From Candidatus Omnitrophota bacterium (GTDB lineage Bacteria > Omnitrophota > Gorgyraeia > Zapsychrales > Fredricksoniimonadaceae), in contig JABDCU010000001.1 of NCBI GenBank assembly GCA_013287965.1, positions 5,910 to 69,909 on the forward strand: DNA of 64,000 nt, given 5' to 3'. A program made the position numbers and the translations under genes. Below are positions 1 to 7,500 of the stretch, in pieces. Numbering within the stretch: position 1 is the first letter of the stretch; each line of letters starts with the position of its first letter. Under the pieces are notes generated by a model, which was not told the origin of the DNA, ran no database searches, and worked only from the letters and a program-made list of their open reading frames with translations.

Positions 1-376
1 CCACATTGCCGTTGGTCACCACCAAGCCGCCTTGCGGGGTGCTGGTGCCGATGCCGATGTTATTGCTTCCCGTCGTGGAGTAAACGATCCCCACAGCCGT
101 GGTCCATCCGCTTAAGCCGCCGGCTGTTGACCAGGTCACGTCCCCGGTGCTGTCCGTTGCTGTCAGAACATACCCTGGCGCCGCACCCTGGCCGCTCACC
201 GCCAAGCCCGTCGAACGCACCGTGCCTTGCACATCCAGCGTCTGGCCGGGCGATGCGGAGCCGATACCGACATTCATATGAATGCTGGTATTAAAAGGCA
301 TGAATGAGGCGGCCGCCACAGGCGTCAAAGCCAGCAGCACCCCAAGACCCAAGATTATTTTACGCACGGTGTTCAT
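1..376 (-). CDS. N-terminal roughly 125 aa of a second, paralogous giant fibre protein. It is partial and continues beyond the window start.
   Basis: Hand translation of the minus strand from the ATG near 376 gives MNTVRKIILGLGVLLALTPVAAA then SFMPFNTSIHMNVGIGSASPGQTLDVQGTVRSTGLAVSGQGAAPGYVLTATDSTGDVTWS... Nt 1-265 are about 90 percent identical to the 270-bp repeat units inside the giant gene, for example 8790-9060. The ORF track omits it because it is truncated by the window edge. Confidence 0.6.
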   Translation of the reverse strand, partial: MNTVRKIILGLGVLLALTPVAAASFMPFNTSIHMNVGIGSASPGQTLDVQGTVRSTGLAVSGQGAAPGYVLTATDSTGDVTWSTAGGLSGWTTAVGIVYSTTGSNNIGIGTSTPQGGLVVTNGNV

Positions 377-440
377 AAAGATTTCTTGACATCACCCTTC
401 AAAGACCTGCCCTTTTCAAACATTGGTCCCCTTAATTCTG

Positions 441-700
441 TTACTTACAGCAATTAACATACGCCGTATAACCTGCACTGTTGCAAGTTATCCCTTGCCC
501 GCTCATTTGCACGTCACCGGAAGTGGTGCCGTTTGATACATAGCATGACCACTTGATCATCACCTCACCGGCACTGCAAGACGCACTGCCGGCGCCGCTC
601 CTTATCGTGCAGGTCCAGTTTGTTGGAGTAGAACCCGCGGCATCCACATACCCCTTAGCCGCCGCATCAGTGAACGCCGTGGATGTGGCAAGGTCATTGT
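441..700. repeat. 3'-terminal module (C-terminal Cys-rich domain coding region) shared at about 90 percent nt identity with 1318-1580.
   Basis: Direct nucleotide comparison of the last roughly 260 nt of the peptidase gene with the last roughly 260 nt of the fibre gene. Confidence 0.85.
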
Positions 701-1271
701 TGTGTCCCTTAAATTCAATTTTTCCTAAGATATCTCTCTTGTCAATGAGGCCAAACCTGGTTGCATCCAAGCTGCCGGAAACCTGATTACCCATGATGAG
801 ATAGGTGTTTTCCGGAAGCACGGGATAGCTTTTAATATAAAGTTCAAGCATCCGGATATTAGACCGGGAGATTTGATAAAATTCGCCCCGGGAATTCTTT
901 AAGGGCTTATCATCAACCATGATCCGCCAGCTGTTTTGGTCCTTATTTTCCTTAAGATTCCACCTGTCCCTGCCAACTGCCTTAACGAGCTTGATAATAG
1001 GCGCGTCACGACCCGTGTATTTGTAGGCAATGATGTCCCCCCTTTCGACTGGATGGCAGTTATAGTATCCATAAACTAACTTTACCGTCTCACCGGGATA
1101 GATCAAAGGAGCTAAAGAATATCCACGCACCTGTTTTAATTCAACCGTGGTAATGCAGCTGCCGGAATTGTCCCCCAGCGGCTTGCCCTCTTGCGCCTTG
1201 ATGGGAGTGACTCCTGAACCAAAGCACAAGATAAATAAGATTAAGAAAGTCCTTAGTCTTTTTAATTTCAT
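441..1271 (-). CDS. Membrane-anchored S26-family (signal peptidase I-like, Ser/Lys dyad) peptidase fused to a C-terminal roughly 85-aa Cys-rich module that is shared with the giant fibre protein.
   Basis: N-terminal TM anchor TFLILFILCFGSGV. S26 boxes are present. The Ser box is GYSLAPLIYPGE, box C is GDIIAYKY, the Lys box is IIKLVKAVGRDRW, and box E is YLIMGNQVSGSLDATRFGLIDKRDILGKI. The C-terminal TNWTCTIRSG...SCSAGEVMIKWSCYV..GITCNSAGYTAYVNCCK is nearly identical to the last 85 aa of the 2679-aa ORF. Confidence 0.8.
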   Translation of the reverse strand: MKLKRLRTFLILFILCFGSGVTPIKAQEGKPLGDNSGSCITTVELKQVRGYSLAPLIYPGETVKLVYGYYNCHPVERGDIIAYKYTGRDAPIIKLVKAVGRDRWNLKENKDQNSWRIMVDDKPLKNSRGEFYQISRSNIRMLELYIKSYPVLPENTYLIMGNQVSGSLDATRFGLIDKRDILGKIEFKGHNNDLATSTAFTDAAAKGYVDAAGSTPTNWTCTIRSGAGSASCSAGEVMIKWSCYVSNGTTSGDVQMSGQGITCNSAGYTAYVNCCK

Positions 1272-1317
1272 ACTATTTATCCCAGAAATTTGTCATTAAA
1301 TGTGTCCGTCACCTTTA

Positions 1318-1580
1318 TTATTTACAACAATTAACATATGCCGTATAAGCCGCGCTGTTGCAAGTTATGCCTTGTCCGCTCATTTGCGCGTCACCGAAAG
1401 TGGTACCGTTGAGTACATAGCATGACCACGTGATCATCACCTCACCGGCACTGCAAGACGCGCTGGTATTGCCACTCCTTATCGTGCAAGTCCAGTTTGT
1501 GGGAGTAGCAGCCGCGGCATCCACATACCCCTTAGTCGCCGCGTCAGTGGACGCCGTGGGTGTGGCAAGGTTAACGATCT
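1318..1580. repeat. 3'-terminal module of the fibre gene. It is the partner of 441-700.
   Basis: See 441-700. Confidence 0.85.
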
Positions 1581-4500
1581 TTTGACTGCCCATGTCCAGC
1601 GCGCCGGCCGGCGCCCAGGTACCGATACCTACGTTGCCGTTGGTCACGACAAAGGCTCCCTGCGGAGTCGTCGTCCCAATGCCCACGTTGCCGTTGAGAT
1701 CAATGGACATCTTAACGCTTGACGGCAGGGCCGTAGCGCTGGAACTGACCTGAAAATCCATACTCCCGTACGCGCTCAAGCCATCTGAAATTTGCCAACG
1801 GCGGCTGTTGGCATTTCCCACCGTGTCCGTCAATAAGATGCCAGGGACAGTGGCCGCAGCCCCGGCAGATGAAGCGATCTCGAATATCCTGGTCGGGGCC
1901 GTAGTGCCGATACCCAGATTACCGCCTGATGTAATAGCCATCTTCGTTCCACTGTAATCAAACAAGAGATTGTTCCCGGAAACGTATTGCGTCCACAGGT
2001 TCGTTGAGGTCGTTCGATCGGCAAGCTGCAATTGCCCCAGCGATCCAAAAATGTTCACGCGGCCATTCAAAACGCTGTCGCCGTTTACATTAAATAACCC
2101 CGTCGTTCCGCCTTGCGTATAGGCGCTCGTCGTGCCGATGCCCACGTTGCCGTTTTGGTCGATACGCATGCGTTCTGTATAGGTTGATCCATCGGTGGCA
2201 GTCTTGAATACAATGACCGGGTTCCCTGCATTTTGATCGTTGGCCTGGACTGACAAACCATTGTATGTGCCGTCACCCCACTGCCTTATTTCACCCCAAA
2301 TGTTTGTAGCGTTTCGCTGAACTCTCACCGCCGCCGTATTGGAAGCGGCAGCGACTTGCAATAGGGCGCCCGGCGCCGCCGTGCCGATGCCCACGTTGCC
2401 AGCGGTTGTTATTCTCATATATTCCGTATTGTTTGTTCTCAAAACCAACGGATGGTTGGTGGCAGTACTTAAGTATCCTGCACTATCATCAGCTCCAAGA
2501 GTGGCGGTCACTGGTGTGCCAGTAGACGTCACAAAAATTGTTGGGGAACTTGATCCGCGTACATTAATTCCGCTGCTTGTAGTACTCCCAATATCAACTG
2601 TCAGCTTTTTGTCCGGCGCCGCGGACCCAATACCCACGTTACCAGCGCTGGTGATCCTCATCGCTTCAGTCTCATTCCCGGTATAAACTCTAAAATTATC
2701 ACCACTATCCATCGTTTGAATAAAACCGCCTGTTGTATCCACTCCGAATTCAGCTTTTGATCCGCTTGTATCGGTAACACGCACCGCAGACTGGCCGTTT
2801 CGTGCAATTTCGAGACCGCCTCCATTGATCGTTGGAACTGTCGTGCCAATGCCGACGTTGCCGGAGGCATTAATGGCAAGCCGGGCAGCGCTGGCAGTCT
2901 CATCATAAATAGTGAAAAGGCCGGAGCCGATCCCGCTGCCTGTGCCGTTGGAGAACAAGGTAAACGCCCTGCCCGCCGCGCTGGTATTGCTTAAGGTCAA
3001 CCCGGTATCCGTTGAAGTGCTGGTGATCTTGGCCATTCTGACCGCACTGGTGCTGCCTTCTAAAATAAAACCATTGTTCGCATCGTTATAAACATATAGT
3101 TTACTGCTGGGAGCCGCAGAACCGATGCCGACATTGTCGCTTGTGTCCATTACGATGCCGTCGCTGCCAGCCCCTCCGCTGGTGCCTGTTATTGAGAATT
3201 TCCCGTTACCTGCTCCCCCTGAAGAAATAAACCAGTCCTTGTACCCATAATTATTCAAATCTATGACAGATTTATCCCCCGTTGTCCCGCCGCGAAGATA
3301 AATAGTGTTGTCCCCGCTGTCGCCATCGTTCCCGAACCGAAGCGTGCTGCCTCCCACAAGGCTTAATTTTGCCAGCGGCGCTGTCTGCCCGATGCCCACG
3401 TCGCCGTCCGTCTGGATGGTCAATTTGGGAGCGCTGGGGATGTCGGCATTGGTGCCTATCTTGAATTTATGGCTGTCCGCGTTATCGATCCCTGCAGACC
3501 AATTTTGCTGGCCGGGAACGCTCCAAACGACCACAGGGTTATACGCACTGGCACCACCTGTGGTCAGCTGCAGAGCGGCATAAGAGCCCGATGTGTTGCT
3601 GATGTTCTTCATCAGGAAGATCATTCCACTGCCAGGGACTGATTTTTCCATATCAATGTCATACGTCGGTGCCCAGGTGCCGATGCCGATATTGCCGTTG
3701 GTCACGACGAGACCACCCTGCGGGGTGGTGGTGCCGATGCCGACGTTATCGTTCGTTGTTGTATTGGAACCTGAAAGCGTCCAGCCGCTGGCGGAAACTG
3801 TTCCCGTGATCGTCCCGCTGGCACGGATATTGCCCTGCACGTCGAGTGTGGCACCCGGAGCGATTGAGCCGATACCGATGTTACCGGTGCTTGGAATATA
3901 CATCCGCAAATTATTTCCACCGGTGGTGAGCAGGAAATTATTCCCGGAATCAATGACCTCATCTCCTAACACGTCATGGGTAACGATGTCATTATTCTGT
4001 GTGGATACGCCAAGATATGATGCGGTTGCAAAAGCAGAAGTAAAAGTTATATAGGGAGTGCTGCCATTCGTGGTACCGGTTATGTTTAATTTTGAAATCG
4101 GTAGTGTCGTGCCAATACCCACATTGCCGCTAAAATAGGAGACTCCCGTTGAATCAGATGCTAAAGCATAATTTGTCCCCACGCCTCCTGTCACTGAATT
4201 GCCGAGCCGCAAAATCATATTATTGGTAATGGTGCCATTTCCCGACCTGAACGACGGCTCAAGATCCAAGGTCGCGGCTGTCGTTAATGTGTATCCTGTG
4301 CCTGTGGTTTGGACCGTGGGCTGTTCGAAATAGTTAAAATAATGAGTGGCACTATTTCCAGAAAGCGTGTACACAGCGGGAACGATATCAAGCGCGGCAC
4401 CCGGCACTGTCGTGCCGATACCCACGTTGCCAGAAGCGATTGTCATGTCCGGAGAGCCGCCAACTGTGCCGAAATAAATGTTGCCGCTCCCGGAGCCGGT

Positions 4501-7500
4501 ATCAACCATTCCGCCTCCTGACCCGTCCAATCTAACTTCTGAAAGCCGTGCCCGGTTAAGTCCGTAAAGCGTTCCTGAATATCCCGAGGCGTAAGAGTAC
4601 AGGGCAGATTGGTCGGACTGATCATTTCTTGCTGACACTTCCGCAATACCAGTGGTTCCAGCATTCATGTTAGACACATCAAACCGTAAATTCCCTGCAA
4701 ATGACTCTTTTACCTGCAGCACCGTAGCCGGTGCCCAAGTGCCGATGCCCACGTTGCCATTGGTAACAATGAGGCCGCCTTGCGGGGTGCTGGTGCCGAT
4801 GCCGATATTGTTGCTGCCCGTCGTGGAATAGACAAGTCCGGTACCTGTGGTCCAGCCGCTCAAGCCGCCTGCTGTTGACCAGGTCACGTCCCCGGTGCTA
4901 TCCGTGGCTGTTAACACATAGCCAGGAGCCGCACCCTGTCCGCTTACCGCCAAGCCTGTTGAGCGTACTACTCCTTGGACGTCTAATTTCTGGCCGGGGG
5001 CTGTAGAACCGATGCCCACGTTGCCGGTGTTTAATATAGTCATCACAGAATTACTCAGAGTCGGATTTGAAGTATCGGCCGTACTGTTTTGAAGGAAATC
5101 AAATTCTCCTCGGTTGAAAGACCCTGTTGTCGTATACGTGATCGCGCCTTTGCCGCGATTGGCGTCAAAACTGTCTTCCGAGAACAAAATACCCGCACCG
5201 TTTCCAGTCGTAGCGTTACTTGCCGCTATCCTTATGGGATAATACAGACCAGCTGTGCTGCTCGCGTCAACATCTAATGTTCTGCCCGGATTCGTCGTGC
5301 CGATGCCCACGTTGCCGCCGTTGGGATTTAACAAAATATTGTAAGTCGCGGATAAATCACTGTAGCCTGTTGCCTGTAACCAATACGCACCTGTAGAATA
5401 ATAATTTCCAAAGTCAAGGACCCCGCCATCCCTGCCTCTTAGGCGCAGAAGTCCATAAGTTTGGGTCGTGCCGCTGTTGGCAGGCAGGCCGCCTACCAAA
5501 TGCTGGACTTCCAAAGTGGCTGCCGGCGTCACTGTCCCGACACCCACGTTGAGGGATGTCGCTGCGATGCGCATCGCTTCGGTAGGTGATCCGCCAACTC
5601 CCGCTGAAAATCTCAATGCCTGGTCACTTTCAACAGTCCCCACTGTAGATTGATTCCTAAAGTAAAGAGTCCTGTCTGTGCTGCCTGTACTATCCATCCA
5701 TGTATCTCCAAATACAGTAAGTTTTGCGCCTGTAGGGCTTGTTGTCCCGATGCCCACGTTGCCGGTGTTATCTATTCTCATGCGCTCGGCGTTGTTCGTG
5801 CCCAACAGCAGACTGGTGGCGCCGGCGGTTGTAAACCCGAAATCCGTGGAGCTTCCGTTGGTAAAAGTGTAATTGCCACTGCCGCCGTACCCAATATCTG
5901 AACCGGCAACCCTAAAAACTAAAGCCAATCTTGTCAGGCCATCCGTGATCAATGTATTATTCGAACCAACCAAATGAAGTTGCCCTCCCGGCGCCCAGGT
6001 GCCGATGCCCACATTGCCGTTGGTCACCACAAACCCACCCTGCGGGGTGTTGGTGCCGATGCCGACGTTTTGCCCGCTGCTGATGGTCATGGCACGCGTG
6101 CTGTTGGTATAGAACTCCATGGCATTATCATCCGGAGCGCCGTTATTGATGGAATAAGCGATCTTTCCCTTATTCATCGTTGTCGCGTCTCCGAATTGTA
6201 TTCCCGTATCAGCCCCGCCCGCGTTTTCCGCTTCCAATTGGAGTATGGCGTCATTGCCTGATTGCGCATGGACCCTTATGTAAGCATCCCCATTGTTTTT
6301 GATGTCAAGCAATTGCCCAGGCACCGCCGTGCCGATACCTACGTTGCCGTTGACTACCAATTTGCCGCTGAGGCCGGACGTGTAGCCGATGCCGACATTC
6401 TGTGCCGTGTCGATCGCAAGCGCTGACGATCCGCCGGTTTGAAGCACAAGCGAACGGACCGTGCCCGTGCCGGCGGCGTCCGAATTGATCATGAGATTGC
6501 CTCCGCTTGTTCCGGTTACCAAGCGCTCATAATTTGAAGCGTCCGTGTATGTCTTGTAGACGCTGAATGTGGTCGTGCTGTTGGACCGGACGGCAACGCT
6601 GTTGCCGCCATCCCTGAAAAGATACGCGTCCGGCGAAGCAACTCCCGAACTGCCCCATTGGAAACTATTGGCCGAAGATAAAATGATATTGCCACCCTGC
6701 ACAACCAATGCCGCGCTCGGTGCCCAGGTGCCGATGCCCACATTGCCGTTGGTCACCACCAGGCCGCCCTGCGGGGTGCTGGTGCCGATGCCGATATTGT
6801 TACTGCCCGTCGTAGAATAGACAATGCCGGTGCCTGTGGTCCATCCGCTTAAGCCGCCTGCGGTTGACCATGTTACGTCTCCGGTGCTGTCAGTCGCTGT
6901 CAGCACATATCCGGGCGCCGCGCCCTGGCCGCTCACCGCCAATCCCGTCGAGCGCACCGTGCCTTGCACGTCGAGTTTCTGGCCGGGGGCTGTCGAGCCA
7001 ATACCCACATTACCGCCTGTCAAAACAGTTAACGCCTGTATGCCACCAGCCCCATTTGGAAATACACCAAAACCACTACTGCCCACAAATCCTGAGTACC
7101 CTAACCGTCCATAAGCGTCTGTGCCAAGATTCGTGATGCCTGCCCTGCCATAGACCGTCACACCCAAGCTCACGCCATCGTTTGAACCCTGGACCTTCAA
7201 ATCATAAGCATTGCCTGTGTTCGTAAAGTCTCCGATAGCGGTATTTCCTGAAACTTGAAGAGGATATTGCGGGTTGAACGTGCCTAGACCGACACTGCCG
7301 GAAACGATCAAACCGCTGGAAGGAGCAGTATTCAACCCGGCGTACGCGCCGATACCCACAGACCCGTTAACATCCAATTTATTAAGAGGTATCGTACCTC
7401 CATTGCCGATACCCACATTGCTGTCCCCTCCCCTGATCACAATGGCTGGGCTTGAAAACGTAAGTCCGGCTGTGACTGTTGAAGGGGTGATCTCAAAAGC

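Noticed and set aside
1318-1580. T9SS C-terminal sorting domain or peptidase S74 intramolecular chaperone at the fibre C-terminus.
   Set aside because: The shared C-terminal module is about 85 aa with 8 Cys and ends NCCK. It has no Ser-Lys dyad region and does not resemble the beta-sandwich T9SS CTD motifs, so neither assignment is supported by eye.
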